From Octopus sinensis (lineage: Eukaryota), in assembly GCF_006345805.1 (NCBI RefSeq), contig NC_043003.1:30690001-30754000 (forward strand): a stretch of DNA of 64,000 nt, read 5' to 3'. The translations under genes were made by a program, and so were the position numbers. The notes under the pieces were generated by a model. It saw only the letters and a program-made list of their open reading frames with translations, did not search any database and was not told where the DNA came from. Shown here in pieces: positions 34,213-48,800 of this stretch (position 1 is the stretch's first letter; every line of letters starts with the position of its first letter).

Positions 34213-34912
34213 TGCATACATGATAGATTTCATGGTTTTTATGATTAGTATTTTAGTTGTTCAATCAACATAACTACCTGTTCATTGAATTACACTGTTA
34301 AGTGACTGAGTATTCCACAGACAGTTGTACTCTTAACATAATCCTCACGCAGAATCAGTGTGAGAAAATGTGACTAGGCCGGACCTTTGAATTACTGATA
34401 CAGTCCATCTGATGAGCTCTACTTCACTGTCACCAACAGGACTTGCTGGACAGTGGGATCAAGCCTGAGATCTCAATGATTGTGAATTGAAATTCTTAAC
34501 TAATTGGTCATGCTCAGCATGGCCGTACTGCAATGCCTGAAACTAATAAAAGATATATATATATATGTATGTATGTACATATATATAGGAGGAATAAAAT
34601 ACTTTTGGCAGTGTACAGAATAGCACATTGGTAAAAAAAAATAACGAGGTTAGTCAGAAGATATGAAGGTATTGTTCCTTAGTTTATTTATGTACAAATA
34701 CAGAAAGTCTCCAAATTTTCAAAGAAATGTAAAGGAATGAAATAAGATAAAGTAAAATATTTATATTATTACATTTAACAGTAGAGGCACAAATATGCTC
34801 AATTGTTAAATGAAAAAAAAACTGTTAAATGTAATAATGTAAACATTGTTTCATTTCATTTTATTTGAAAATTTGAAGACGTTTTTTTACTTGTATGTAT
34901 ATGCTGTGTATG

Positions 34913-34920
34913 TATTTGTA

Positions 34921-34970
<50 letters not shown>

Positions 34971-35097
34971 CACATATACATATATATATATATATATATA
35001 CACATATATATACATATATATATATACACATATATATACACATATATATATACATATATATATATACATGTATATATATATACACACACATATATAC

Positions 35098-35137
<40 letters not shown>
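34913..35137. repeat. (TA)n/(TACA)n compound microsatellite
   Basis: Directly visible. Similar tracts at 35697-35745, 35866-35933 (CA)n, 42790-43290, 43619-43950, 45720-45905 and 51797-52005. Confidence 0.95.
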
Positions 35138-35141
<4 letters not shown>

Positions 35142-35694
35142 AATAAACTAAGGGACTATGTATATAAAATGTAAATACAAAAGCAAATATTATTGAAGGA
35201 CAAACATTGCAAGCAAGCCTGTTGTTTACTGAGCAGATGACGGGTGTGATGGTGGTGATAACTGTAGAAGTATGGGTGACAGTAGTATCAGCAGAATAAA
35301 GCTGAAGTGGGAGGTGATCCTTCTTATCAATGTATGTACTTGATTGAGAACATACTAAACAAACAGGGCTATTTTACATTACAATCTCTATCCTGGAAAC
35401 TTCCATAATAATGAAAGTTATTATTGCACTAAAGGAAAAAATAAATAAATAAAAATTAAAAAAAAACAAAAGAAAAGGAGGTTAAGGTGATGGTTAATTG
35501 CTTTGAATATTCACTGCGAAACTAAATTTTATTTAAGATTAAAAGGATTTCTTTTCACTTGTTATTTACAAACTGCATATTTACTGGTGGTGTATGCACT
35601 AAATAATGCAAATTTTTTCAAAGTGCCCCCCTTCCTCTTTACATAAACCATGTTGATGCCTCTTTTTCTACCTATCTATATAAATACCTCTGTA

Positions 35695-35746
<52 letters not shown>

Positions 35747-35860
35747 GTGTATGTGTGTATATATTGTATGCATACATGAATGTAGATGCACATACACATG
35801 TGGCTGACTGTCTATATATTTATAAACACATGCATACACATAATATTCCCCATCTCTCTG

Positions 35861-35936
<76 letters not shown>

Positions 35937-36339
35937 CATATTCTCTCTGTTTCAATTAGTACATAGTCAAAATTGATCAATCATTCCAAATTTAGAGGTT
36001 TATAATGCCTTCTATTCTAATTTCATTTTCCTACATTTGAAAAATATGGGTTTACATTTTTTGCTATGTGGTGCGAAACATTACCATCTGCATGTGCGTG
36101 CGTGTGTGCATAAACACACACACACACACAAAAGCACGTGTATTTATTGACACAAATACACAAGTCCTTATATAAAGACTGCCAGATGCCAGATTTATTT
36201 TTTACCTTAGCACTTACACTCCTACTGCAGAAACTCCTTCTCCCTTCTTTATAGAACAGTTTCATTTTCCTCTTATGTCCAAATCGACTTCAAACTTTTT
36301 TCCTTTTTTTTTTTAACAAATTGACAAAATTTATTTCCT

Positions 36340-36822
36340 AGCAATACTTGTTCCGGCCCTTTATGCTCTGAGTTTAAGTTCTGCTAAGATCAACTTTGCA
36401 TTTCAACCTCTCTCAGGTCAATGAAATAAAGTATCAATCAAGTACAGGGGTTGATGGCATTGATTAATCCCATCTCCTCAAAAATTGCTGGCCTTGTACC
36501 TGAATTAGAAATGATAATTATTATTATCTTAGCCTTTGATATTGTCCTCCATGTCTTGGGCCCTTGTGCCCAATAAAAGAAATCATCATTATTATTATTA
36601 TTATTATATTATTATTATTGTTAAGCTGGTAAGAATCATTAGCATACTGGGCAAAATGCTTGGTAGCTTTTCCTCTGGCTCTTTATATTGAGTTCAAATG
36701 CCACCAAGGTTAACTTTGCTTTTCATCTTTAGAGGTCAATGAAATGAGTACCAGTTGAGCACTGGGGTCATTGTAATCACTCCCCTTTTCAAAATTGCTG
36801 GCATTGTGTCAAAATTAGAAAC

Positions 36823-36861
<39 letters not shown>

Positions 36862-39800
36862 GGCAATGAAATGCAGAATCATCTCTTCTAAGTTCAAATC
36901 CTACCAAAGTCAACTCTGCCTTTTATCTTTTTGAGATCAATAAAACAAAATATCGGTCAAGTATTAATGTTGATGCAATTGAGACTAACCTCCTCCCCTT
37001 AAAATTCCTGGCTTTGTGCCAAAATTTGAAAGAATTTTTTTTTTTATTTGTGAATGTAGTCGATGGCAAAATTGAAAGAAACTCAGAACAAATGCTTTGC
37101 ATTATTTGTTCTGGCACTTTTATTTTCTGAGTTAATCCTTTTGCAGTTGATAAAATAAAGTATCAGTGAAGTGCAGGGTTTATTGAAAACCGACTAATCT
37201 TCTTTTCCCCAAGTTAGATTAAAACTATATATCCAAGTTAGATTAAAACTATATTATTATTATTATTATTTTTATTAAGGCGGCAAACTGGCAGAATTGT
37301 TAGCACACTGGGTGAAATACTTAGCGGTATTTCGTCTGTCTTTATGTTGCTCAAGTTCCACCGAGGTTGACTTTGCCTTTCATCCTTTCAAGGTCGATAA
37401 ATTAAGTACCAGTTGTGTTCTGAGGTCAATCAAATCGACTGTCTCCCCTCCCCCCCCCAAAAAAAATTCAGGCTTTGTGCCTATAGCAGGAAGGATTATT
37501 TATTATTTTTATTTATCATCATCATCATCATTATGCTAGTACATGCTAATTTAGATAGCAGGTAGTTTATCTTGAGGTTGGGTGACAACAAGTCTCCTCA
37601 AATCTCAAGAAAGTTTCTTAAGATTCTTGCAGAATACAGGATGGTACTCTTCTGCAGGTCAACAATGTGAGTTTCAATTCCAATTTCTTTCAATCTTTTA
37701 GGTAGCATTTTGGGTGTTGTGCCAAGTGCATCTATTACTACAGGAATATTTGTTGTCAGGGCAAAACGCTTAGCAGTATTTTACCCACCGCTACATTCTG
37801 AGTTCAAATTCCACTGAGGTCAACTTTGCCTTTCATCTTTTGGCATTGATTAAATAAGTACCAGTTACACACTGGGGTTGATGTAATCAACTTAATCCCA
37901 TCTCCCAAGCTGCCTTTGTGACAAAAATTTGAAATCATCATCATCATCATTATTATTATTATTCTGCTGGTGGTGGTAGATTGATGGAATCATTAAAGTA
38001 TCAGACAAAATGCCTTTCGGTACTTTTTTCGTACTCTTTATGTTTTGAGCTCAAATCTCACCAAAGTTAATTTTGCCTTTCATCATTTTTGGGGCTCAAT
38101 TAAATAAAGTTACCATTCAAGTACTGGAGTTAGCTCTATCAACTATCACTCTACTCCCTTAAATGCCTATGTTACAAAAAAAAAGTTATTATAATTGTTG
38201 TCTTTTACTAAAAGAAGTGGATAGCAGAATTGGTAGAGTAACAGACTAAATGCCTTATTTAGTATTTGTGTCCTTTTATATTTTTGTGTTCAAATCTCAC
38301 TGAGAATGACTTTATTTTCCATTCTTCAGAGATTGCTTGTGTAGACACCAGTTTAGTACTGGGGTCAGTTTAATAGATTACACCCATCTCTCAAAATTTT
38401 TTTCCTCTTACCTATTTAAGAATTCATTATTATCGTTTCTGTAGTTGATGTAGAGGTGGTAAAGGCAGTTAGTTTTTTTGCAGAAATGGAAGATCCCTAA
38501 ACTAAATGCCTTATACAGTTTAATGTCTTCTTTCTGTATCCTCAATTGAAATCCAGTTTGGGTTGACTTTGCCTTTCAGACTTTAAGAGGGGTCAATAAA
38601 ATAACTCCCAATAATATACTAGGGTTCATTTCATTCATTCATTCAATCAAGTTGTTCATTCATTCAACTATAATGACTCCCATACGAAAAAAAAAAAAGA
38701 AAAAGAAGAAAAAGGTCCTATGTCCAATAAAAATATTTTATTGGAGTAAATATTCTATTCTGTAGAAGTGGAAATTCCTGGCCATCAAGAATCTGTTAGA
38801 TTTTCAAAACATTGAAAAATTCAGCTTATTTGGTCAATTTTGGACAGTACATCTTTTTTTTTTTTCAGCATTTCTGCATTTGCATTCAGATCTCTTCATG
38901 TAGTCTTTTTTTTTTCCTCTCAATTATTTTGTCTCATCAATTTCTTCACTTTGGTTACTTATTAATAAGGGAGTTCAGTGTCAAAGAATCTGCTAGAATT
39001 AGCTGCCAAATTTCCCTCAACTGATTCGCACCCTACCCTCTCATCAAAAAAAAAAAAGGTATCATATTGGATTATATGAGCCTAGGTATGAATATGAAGT
39101 ATCTATCATCAAAAAAAGATAAATAAGAAAAAAAATGTGTTGGAAGGTTATGGCTTGAATGTTTCAATCACAGGTCTGCTTGAACAGAACTGACCTGGAG
39201 CTAAAGAGCAACAACAATGGTCAATAAGCTTTGTAATATGTCCTCTCCTCTACCCATACATATTCTTTTCTACTCTAGGCACAAGGCCCAATATTTTTAG
39301 GGAAGGAGTCAGTTGATTAAACTGACCCCAGTACACAACTGGTACTTAAGTTATCGACCCCAAAAGGATGAAAGGCAAAGTCGACCATGGCAGAACTTGA
39401 ACTCAGAGTGTAAAGACAAACGAAATACCACTCAGCATTTCGCTTGGCATGCTAACGTTTCTACTAGCTCACTGCCTCACATATTTATGTAATAATAAGA
39501 ATTTGCTTGGTTCCTCTTGCTGCTTTATTTATCTCTTTTCATGCCTCAATGAGTCAGGCAGCCATCTTGGTAATCCATATATTCTGCTTTTGAATTATTT
39601 CCTAAACTCTGCCTCCTGTCTGGTGGTTTTTGTATATATAAAAAAAAATTATTCAAAGTCTGAGAACAACTTTTTGTTGACTTCTAAATTCTTTTCATTT
39701 ATCTGGTTGTATATAAGACCCATTTGTTATTGTTTCTGTTGTGAGTTATGGATTGGCTGAACCATTAGAGTATTTGGCAAAACGTTCCAATTCTTTATTA

Positions 39801-42157
39801 GTGGTATTAGTTCCAGTTCTGAGTTCAAATATCACTGAAGTAAACCTTGCCTTTCATCCTTTCAGGTTGGTAAAATAAAGTACCAGTCAAGTACTGAGGT
39901 CTGTGGCATTGACAAACTTCCTCCCTTCAACATTGCTTACCTTATGTCTAAATCACAAACAATGGCAGCAAGCTTGAAGAGTTGTTAGAGCTTCAGGAAA
40001 AAGGCTTTCTGGTATTTGTTCCAACCCTTTACATTCTGGGTTCAGATCATACCAAGGTCAACTTTGTCTTTCATCTCTCCGTACCAGTCAAGTATTGGTA
40101 CCAGTAGTATCAACTAATCCTCTACCCTCAAAATTTCAGGCCTTGTGCCTATAGTAGAAAGGATTATTGTTATTATTATTATTAGGGTTGCGAGCTGGCA
40201 GAAGCATTAGAATGCCGGACAAAATGCCTAGCGGCATTTCGTCTGTCTTTATGTTCTGAGTTCAGATTCTGTCAAAGTTGACTTTGCCTTTCATCCCTTC
40301 AGAGTCAGTAAAATAAGTACCAGTTGAGCACTGGGGTCAGTGTAATTGACTAACCCCTTTCCCCAATATTTCAGGCCTTGTGCCTATAGTAGAAAGGATT
40401 ATTATTATTATTATTGATAAGACAGCAAGCTGGCAGAACAATTAGCATGTGGGACAAAATGCTTAGCAGCAGTTTGTCTGTCTTTATGTTCTGAATTTGA
40501 ATTTCGCCAACGTCAGCTTTGCCTGTCATCATTTTGGGGTCAATAAAATAAGTACCAGCTGGGTACTAGGGTTGATGTAACTGACTGTCTCTCTACTATA
40601 GGCTTTGTGCCTATAGTAGAACGAATTATTATTATTGTTATTATTGATAAGGCAGTGAACTGGCAGAATTGATAGCACGCCAGGTGAAATACTTAGCGGT
40701 AATTCACCTGTCACTATGTTCTGAGTTCAAATTCCACTGATGTCAACTTTGCCTTTCATCATTTTGGGGTCGATAAGTTAAGTACCAGTGAAACACTGGG
40801 GTTGTTGTGATTGACTAGTCTCCTCCCTGCAAATAGCTGCCCTTGTGGCAAAATTTGAAACCATTATTATTGATCTTGTTGAAGGTGGCGAGCTGGCAGA
40901 AATGTTAGCACGCTGGGCAAAATGCTGAGCAGTATTTCGTCTGCCGTTACGTTCTGAGTTCAAATTCCGCTGAGGTCAACTTTGCCTTTCATCCTTTCAG
41001 GGGTTGATTAAATAAGTACCAGTTACACAGGGGTCGATATAATCGACTTAATCCGTTTGTCTGTCCTTGTTTGTCCTCTCTGTGTTTAGCCCCTTATGGG
41101 TAGTAAAGAAAAAGGGGTTTTATATCTGTCGCTAAGTTCTGAGTTCAAATTCTGCCGAGGTCAACTTTTCCTTTCATCCTTTTGGGGTCAATAAATTAAG
41201 TTCCAGTTGAGTCCTGGGGTGATGTCATCGACAATCCCCTCCACTCCAAGTTCAGGCCTTGTGCCTATAGTAGAAATGATTATTATTGATGTTGTTGTTA
41301 TTTGCAGGGCAGTGGATTCACAGAATCATTAGAGTGTTGGACCAATAAACTTGTGAATTTTAGTTACAGACTTTTACATTCTAACTTCCAATCTCACTGA
41401 TGTCCTCTGAAGGTTGATAAAATAAGTACGAGTTAAGTACTGGTACTGATTTGATCGTCTTTCAACTAACTCTGCACACTCACAACTTTGTGGCCTTGTG
41501 CCTATGCTAGAAATCATCGTTGTCATTACTATTATATGCATTCTCATTTGTATGGTAGGACACAGCAGATGATTGCATTTCAGGACAAATTGATACTAAT
41601 ATTCGTGTGTACCTATATGCCAATACATTTTGTACTGATATAACCTGATCTTTTTTACCTTAGATTTTTACTCTTCGGAATAATGCTAGTTGTTTCTAAC
41701 AAAGTACATTTTATTATTGTTTTTATTTGTTTCCTTTTTAAAAAGATTTTGTCTTCTAAGTATCCGTTTAAGTTAACAATCCATCTAAATCTGTTACAGA
41801 TTTTTCTAAGAGATCCTATATAATTACTGGTATTGCATCTGTCTTCTTTACAGACTATATTGTTACAATTTTTACAATTGAGATCCTGATATTTTACATT
41901 TTCTGTTTGCTTGTTTTTGAATTATTATTATTATTATTGAGCTGGCAGAATCATTAGCATACTGGATGAGATGCTTTGTAGCATTTTCCCAGCTCTTTAC
42001 ATTCTAAGTTCAAATCCCACTGAGGTCAGCTTTGTCTTTTATCCATTCAAGGTTGATAAAATAAAATACCAGTCAAGTACTGGGGTTGATGTAATCAACT
42101 TGGCTCCTCCCTTAAAAATTTCTGGCCTTGTACAAAATTTGAAACCATTTATTATTA

Positions 42158-42188
<31 letters not shown>

Positions 42189-42640
42189 CATCATCATCAT
42201 CATTATTAAGACAGCAAGCTGGCAGAATCTTTAGCACACTGGACAAAATGCTTAGAAGCATTTCATCTGTCTTTATGTTCTGAGTTCAAGTCCCACTGAG
42301 GTCGACTTTCATCCTTTTGGGGTTGATGAAATAAGTACCAGTTGAATACTGGGGTTGATGTAATCGACTAGCCCTTCCAGCAAAATTTCAGGCCTTGTGC
42401 CTATAATAGAAAGGATTATTATTATTATTATTATTATTATTGCAATCAATTTAAACCCTCCCCAGAAATTGCTGTCCTTGTGTCAAAATTTGAAACCATT
42501 GTTATTATTATTATTATTATTATATTATTATTATTATTTTTATTACAGTCACTAACATTCTTTAGGAAGGTATGAATGTCTCTTACATCCATGTTCTTCC
42601 TCAAAAAATTTTAGGCTGTGTGCCTATGTCAGAAACAAGT
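36340..42640 (+). mobile_element. Train of about 18-20 family-A tRNA-derived SINEs, almost all head-to-tail on +
   Basis: Repeated AAGGCGGCGAGCTGGCAGAAT...TGAGTTCAAATTCC (B-box)...TTTGCCTTTCATCC...AAGTACCAG...CTGGGGTCGATGTAATCGAC...CTTGTGCCTATAGTAGAAAGG(ATT)n, e.g. at 37277, 40185, 40420, 40648, 40882, 41935 and 42208. One inverted copy at ~39250-39480. Confidence 0.9.
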
Positions 42641-42744
42641 GATTATTGATCCACTTTTTGCCCACAATAAATATGCAATGTGAACAATATAAATAGAGCC
42701 AGGTCACTTTGTTACTGATTGGCCTATGTATTAATTCTCTGTTT

Positions 42745-42990
42745 CAACCCATGCTAGCATGGAAAACGGACGCTAAATGATGATGATACACACACACACA
42801 CACACATGTATATACACGTACACATATATATGTATATGTATACATATATATATCTTTCCACATATATACACACATATATATACATACTTGGAGCCTGGTA
42901 CAGCCTTCTGGCTCGCCAGCCCTCAGTCAAGCTGTCCAACCCATGCCAGCATGGAAAGCGGACGTTAAACGACGATGATGATGATGATAT
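42745..42990 (+). mobile_element. Two tandem short RTE 3'-tail copies separated by a (CA)/(TA) tract
   Basis: CAACCCATGC(T/C)AGCATGGAAA(A/G)CGGACG(C/T)TAAA...(GAT)n occurs twice. Confidence 0.8.
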
Positions 42991-43614
42991 CTATATATAC
43001 ATACATATATATATATAATATATGTATGTCTATGTATACATACATTTATGTATGTATATATAATATATATTTATATGTCTATGTATGCATATATATGTAT
43101 ATATCTATATGTATATATATATATGTATACATACATACACACATACATTTATATGTAGACATATTTAAACACATATAAACGTATACACAACACATACTAA
43201 ATGTATGTGTACATACATATATATACACACACTCATACATACACACACATATCCATAAATATATATGTTTGTACATATATATGTATATATAACAGGCTCT
43301 CTCTTATTGGACTCAAACTTCATATCCCTTACATTCCAAGTAACTGCAACACACATTGCACCAAAGGGAGCCTGTTCTGCTGATTTTTTTTTCCTATCCT
43401 AGATTGGTACTTTTAAATGTCTTATATGTATGATATAAAACTATTTATTTATAAGTTGTAATTATATATAGTTCTGTCTGTGATGAATTTTGTAAAAAGG
43501 CAAAAGAAAAAAAAAGAATTACAAATGATGAACTTGTAATGTCTGTACAGAGATTTTTGTTTTCAATAAATGAATAAATGATATAATTATAAATAAGTAA
43601 ATAAATAAAGTAAA

Positions 43615-43667
<53 letters not shown>

Positions 43668-43790
43668 CACACACACACACATATAATCATGTATAATTAT
43701 GACAGTTATGTATATGTGCATGTATGTGGATATATATATATATTTATACGTATATATATATATATATATATGATATATATATATACATAC

Positions 43791-43822
<32 letters not shown>

Positions 43823-44282
43823 GTGTATATTTATACGTATATATATATGATATATGCATACATATATATATATATATATGTATGTATATGTATGTATATT
43901 TATACGTACATATATATAAGATATATATATACATACATACATACATATATATGGATGAAAAAATGTTTTGACATCACCATGGTTAAAGGGTCATCAAAAT
44001 ATTGATGATGATGATGGATTTTATGTGATAGAAATGATTCTTGTCTCAATGTATCAATCAGATCCCTGTGTCAAATTGTCTGTATTTCTGAGATGAGTTA
44101 TTGCAACAGTGAACATATTTTGGTGCCATATATTTAATATACATATGTAAACATCTTCAGATGCCATATATTTAGTATATGTATGTAATCTCTTGGTTAC
44201 AATTATTATACTTAAAAAGAATTCAAATGCTGCAAATTAAAATCAAAATCCGGTATATGCAATTGAGGCAGTATTAAATTAA

Positions 44283-44496
44283 CCCCTTTAGCATTTAAAC
44301 TGGCCATATGTGGCCAAAATACTTTACCTGTTTTATGTTCAAACCTACCAGATCCTGCCTTTCACACATACTCTACAATGTCATTCTAAAAATAAACAAT
44401 CACATCATCAAAATCTTGAAGCTGTGAAGTAATGCATGATCAATTCAAAACAATGTAAATATATAAGCATTACATTCTGAATGTGATGTTAAAGGG
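44283..44496. mobile_element. piggyBac-type MITE
   Basis: TTAA|CCCCTTTAGCATT...TGTTAAAGGG|TTAA; body matches 57121-57341. Confidence 0.8.
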
Positions 44497-44669
44497 TTAA
44501 AATAGCCATCTATGTATTATACTTAATGTATATACATTGTTGAGAGGCCAGTTATTGCAGTATTTGTCCTGAAGTAACATTTCTTGAGAACTAACACATC
44601 CATAAGATGTTAACTCAAGACGAACATCACGGTAACTACCTATTGATAATATATCATGTCTGCTAAGCT

Positions 44670-44910
44670 CATCTTCATCAATTCACCGCAGGAAAATCCA
44701 CTATCATCAATTCACCACAGGAAAAGTTAATAGTCATCAATTCACTGTAAGGAAAGTACACCATCATCAATTCACTGTTTTTTTTTCTCAATAAAATAGT
44801 TTTTAACTATTAATGGTAAGATACTATGGATATATTTTCTCAGTAAACTTTCCTTGCGATGAACTTTCCTCACTGTAAACTTTCTTTATGGTGAATTGAT
44901 GGCAGTGAAC
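44670..44910. repeat. Four ~30-bp TCATCAATTCAC..GGAAA repeats followed by inverted copies
   Basis: TCATCAATTCACCGCAGGAAAA-type units at 44674-44778; TTTTCTTTATGGTGAATTGATGG at ~44880. Confidence 0.6.
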
Positions 44911-45159
44911 TTATTTGTAATCATAATGTGTATACATTGTGATACATAGATGCCTATAAAAGTAAAGATTCTGAGTTGAATTCTAACCAAGGAGAGCATT
45001 TGTTTATAAATATTGGTATACGAAATCAAAATGTAGTGTAGTGAAAAAATATATAAAAGTTAAGGTTAATAGATTGATTTGTTGTGTGTGTATCAATTTT
45101 GTCAGCTGGCGTCAAAGACAAGCAGCTAACGAAGTGCTGTTATTATTATAATATATATT

Positions 45160-45385
45160 AAGGTGATGAACTGGCAGACTCGTTAGCATGCCAGACAAAG
45201 TGCTTAGCGGCATTTCGCCTGTCTTTATGTTCTGAGTTCAAATTCTGCCAAGGTTGATTTTTGCCTTTCATCCTTCCTGGATTGATAAAATAAGTACCAG
45301 TTGAGTACTGGGGTTGATGTATTTGACTCATCCCCCTACTCCGAAATTGCTGGCCTTGTGTCAAAATTTGGAACCGTTATTACGT
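45160..45385 (+). mobile_element. Family-A SINE following an (ATT)-rich tract
   Basis: AAGGTGATGAACTGGCAGACTCGTTAGC...GAGTTCAAATTCTGCC...CTTGTGTCAAAATTTGGAACCGTTATTA. Confidence 0.85.
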
Positions 45386-45829
45386 GTGTGTGTGTATATA
45401 TATGTATATATGATTGTCATGTTGTAACAGTTGTTCATAGAATTAATGTCTTTTTTTTTAATTTGAAAAAAACAAAACAAAAAAGCAATGAAAGTATAAA
45501 ACAAAACTCAAGATGAATCAGGTACACTTACATAGGTGTTAGACAGAGCATCCAACCATAGAAACTAAACCAAAAACAAAAAAAAAAAAGTAAAAGAAGA
45601 CAAAAGGTATGAATGATGCTTGTTCCTCTGATCTGTTTAGGAGAGCAGTAACTTTGAATAAGAATTGAGTTCCAATCCATGTCAGCATGGAATGTGAATG
45701 TAAAATTATGATTAATATATATGTATGTATGTATACACCCAGTGTGTATATATATATGTATAAACACAGTGTGTGTACATCTGTATATATATGTATATTT
45801 ATATGTGTGTGTGTGTATACACTGTGTAC

Positions 45830-45879
<50 letters not shown>

Positions 45880-48800
45880 ACACACATTGTATGTATGTAT
45901 ATATACATGTATTTGGTTCCCTTAGTTTACTAAAGATTCAAATAGCTTTCCTATAATGTTTTAAAATTAAACTTCTTTTGAAGTTTTCAAAGAAAAAAAT
46001 ATAAAGTTTTTTAAAATTTAATTTAAAGCATCTCACTGCTTTTTATAAAAATAATAATTTTTTCATACTCTTGAATATATGTTGAGCTGGTGAAGTGGCT
46101 ATGTGGTTCAAGAATTTGGATTATCAATTCATGGACTGTGAGTTCAAATGCTTTTTAGGACCATTTTAAATTTGTTTATGCAAATATTTTCTTGTTTTTA
46201 GGCACAAGAAATGGCTGTGTGGTTAGGGAGTTGTTTTCACAACCATGTGGTTCCAAGTTTGATCCTCAAGTGCAGCACCTTAAACAAGTATTTTTTACCA
46301 TTGTTCTTGGGTTAATCTATTGCTTGTGAATGGAACTTGGTAGAAGGTCATTAGAACCACATGGTTTGGAGTTCAGTCTCACTGCTTTGGGCTAGCGTTC
46401 TTTATTATAACCACAGGTTGGTTAATACCATATGAGTGAAATTGATAGATGGAAACAAAGAAACCTGTCATATATATGTACATGTGTGTGTGTGCATGCG
46501 TGTATGTAGATGAGTGAATTTGTAATTCCCTTTGTATTCATGTGTGTGCTGATTGAAAACAAAAGCCTCATTTTTCATTCAGAAGGTGTCGTTTGTTTGC
46601 AGTCCTTTTGTAACAAAAGAATATCCAGGTTGTTTGTTGTTCAGTAGGCTGGGCGATAGGCAGGTGAAGGTTAGCATCAGGAAGGGTGTCCTGTTATAGA
46701 AAACTGCTTCAACATAATCTCATTTGACCCATGCAAGCATAGAAAAGTAGATGTTAAAAGGATGGTGATGCATGTCTTGTGAATAAATTTGGTGAATAGA
46801 AACTGTATGAAGCCTGTTATGTGTACATGTCTGTGAGAATTCTTGTGAAGCATGTTGAATTTACTTCACGTGAAAAACTTGGTGAGCTACAAGTGGTGAG
46901 GTTTGTTGTCAATACCCTGTCAACAAGTTGTCTGCTAGGTTTGTACTTCCAAGATGTGTGGAATAAGAAATCTCTTAACTGAAAGGAAGGACATCCACTT
47001 TTAAAATAAGATATAACTCAATAATATATATATTCAGCTAACTCATGCTAGCATGGGAAAAGGGACATAAAAAAGTTCAATAACAAATTAACAGTGTGTG
47101 TGTATGTACCATTGTCTATTGGCAAAGGATATTAACAGAAGTGAGGAAACTGAAAAATTAGTTTTTATTCACCAACCTCTTGACATATTTGCACTGCATC
47201 AAATGGATCATGCTGGTGCTATTGTTCACCAATTGCTATAGAGAATTAATAATACACATACTCTCTAGCCGTATTAAAAGGGTACTTATTGACTTAATCT
47301 ATTACCTGGGTTAACACCACTATCCGGCTCTCAGGTGTTGAACATTTTGAACCAGGTCTCAATCTGTGAAAGTCATATTTTCCTGTATACAAATCAATGT
47401 AGTATAAACATTCCAACATCGTCACTATCTTTCCAAATTTTGCTGCATTTCACATGGAATTTTTGGTCCTCTAAGATCATCTTGAATAGGTTAACTTATA
47501 CATTGTGGTGTATAAGTTGATCTGTCTTGTTTCACTGTAAATTCTGGTCTGAAAAATTTGACTTTTATGTCAGAAAATATGGTAATTTCTTCCTACCAGT
47601 CTAGGTGGCCCTGGAAATGGTCACAGATGTTGCCCTTCCTCCTCTGATTAAACCAATTATAAAAGTAGTAGGCTATAATTCCTCTATGATTAACCAAAGA
47701 AAGTCCTTTAGTAAAGTATTTAGTTGATTTATTTTAGTCACAAACAACAGAGCTGGGCAGTTATGTACTCCAATTCTTCAAACTATCTCACATCAAATCC
47801 TAAATATATGTAAATAAACTAAAATATTTTTGCATTCTAGTTTTCTTGTTCAAATTTAGCGTTAGCAGTGGCAATATCTGGGATTCTTTTTGAATGCTTA
47901 TAAGTTAGTAAATGGATCTAAAAAAATTTTTTTTTTTATTTTAAATACATGCAGAAGCATCTGAGCATTCTGAACTTGCTAGAAAAAACAGTAAAATTCT
48001 TTTCAAATCATACCCTATCAACTGGACACATTGGCAATTATGGTCCTAAATATACAAAATGAAGGGATAGTTAAGGTTGGAATGGTTTTGATCAGGCATT
48101 GGGCCTTTTGATACAGCCTTCCCAAGACTGCACTTGGCTCTATGAGCACAAAATTCAATTTTAAAGTTATCTATATGAAAACTCAAAATTTCATGTAAAT
48201 TTATGTTCTAAACGCCAGGTTAATAATTATTATAATTATTTTATTTAATTTTTTATTGTCAAGATTAATTTAAATAAAGATATTTTGAAAGAAATATGGT
48301 AACAAAACAGTTAAACAATACTAAAGTACAAGTTTGAGAGAGACCTTGGGAGAAAGGCTGTATGTGTTTGTGTAAGAGCCATGCAAATGATGCATACAGC
48401 TTCTGTCTCAAATTACGAGTAATATTTCATGTGAAAATTTTTTGTCATAGACACTTTCATAAACTTAGTATAATTGCTGACAGGTGTGATGGGAGTGGAA
48501 GTAGATAGGATTTGTGTTTCTGGGCCCAAATAACTCAAAAAACAATCACCATCATGCATACATGAAGACTAACTTACATCATAATCATCATTTAATGTCT
48601 GTTTTCCATGCTGGCATGAGTTGAACAGTTTGAGATCTGAAAGGCTGGAGGACTGTGTTGTGCTACAATGTCTGCTTTGGTGTGGTTTCTGCAGATCATG
48701 CCCTTCCTAAAAGCAACCACTTTGCAGAGTGCACTGGGTGCATTTTTTTGTTTTGTTTTTTGTGGCACCAGCATTAGTGAGACTACCATGTAGCTTACAA

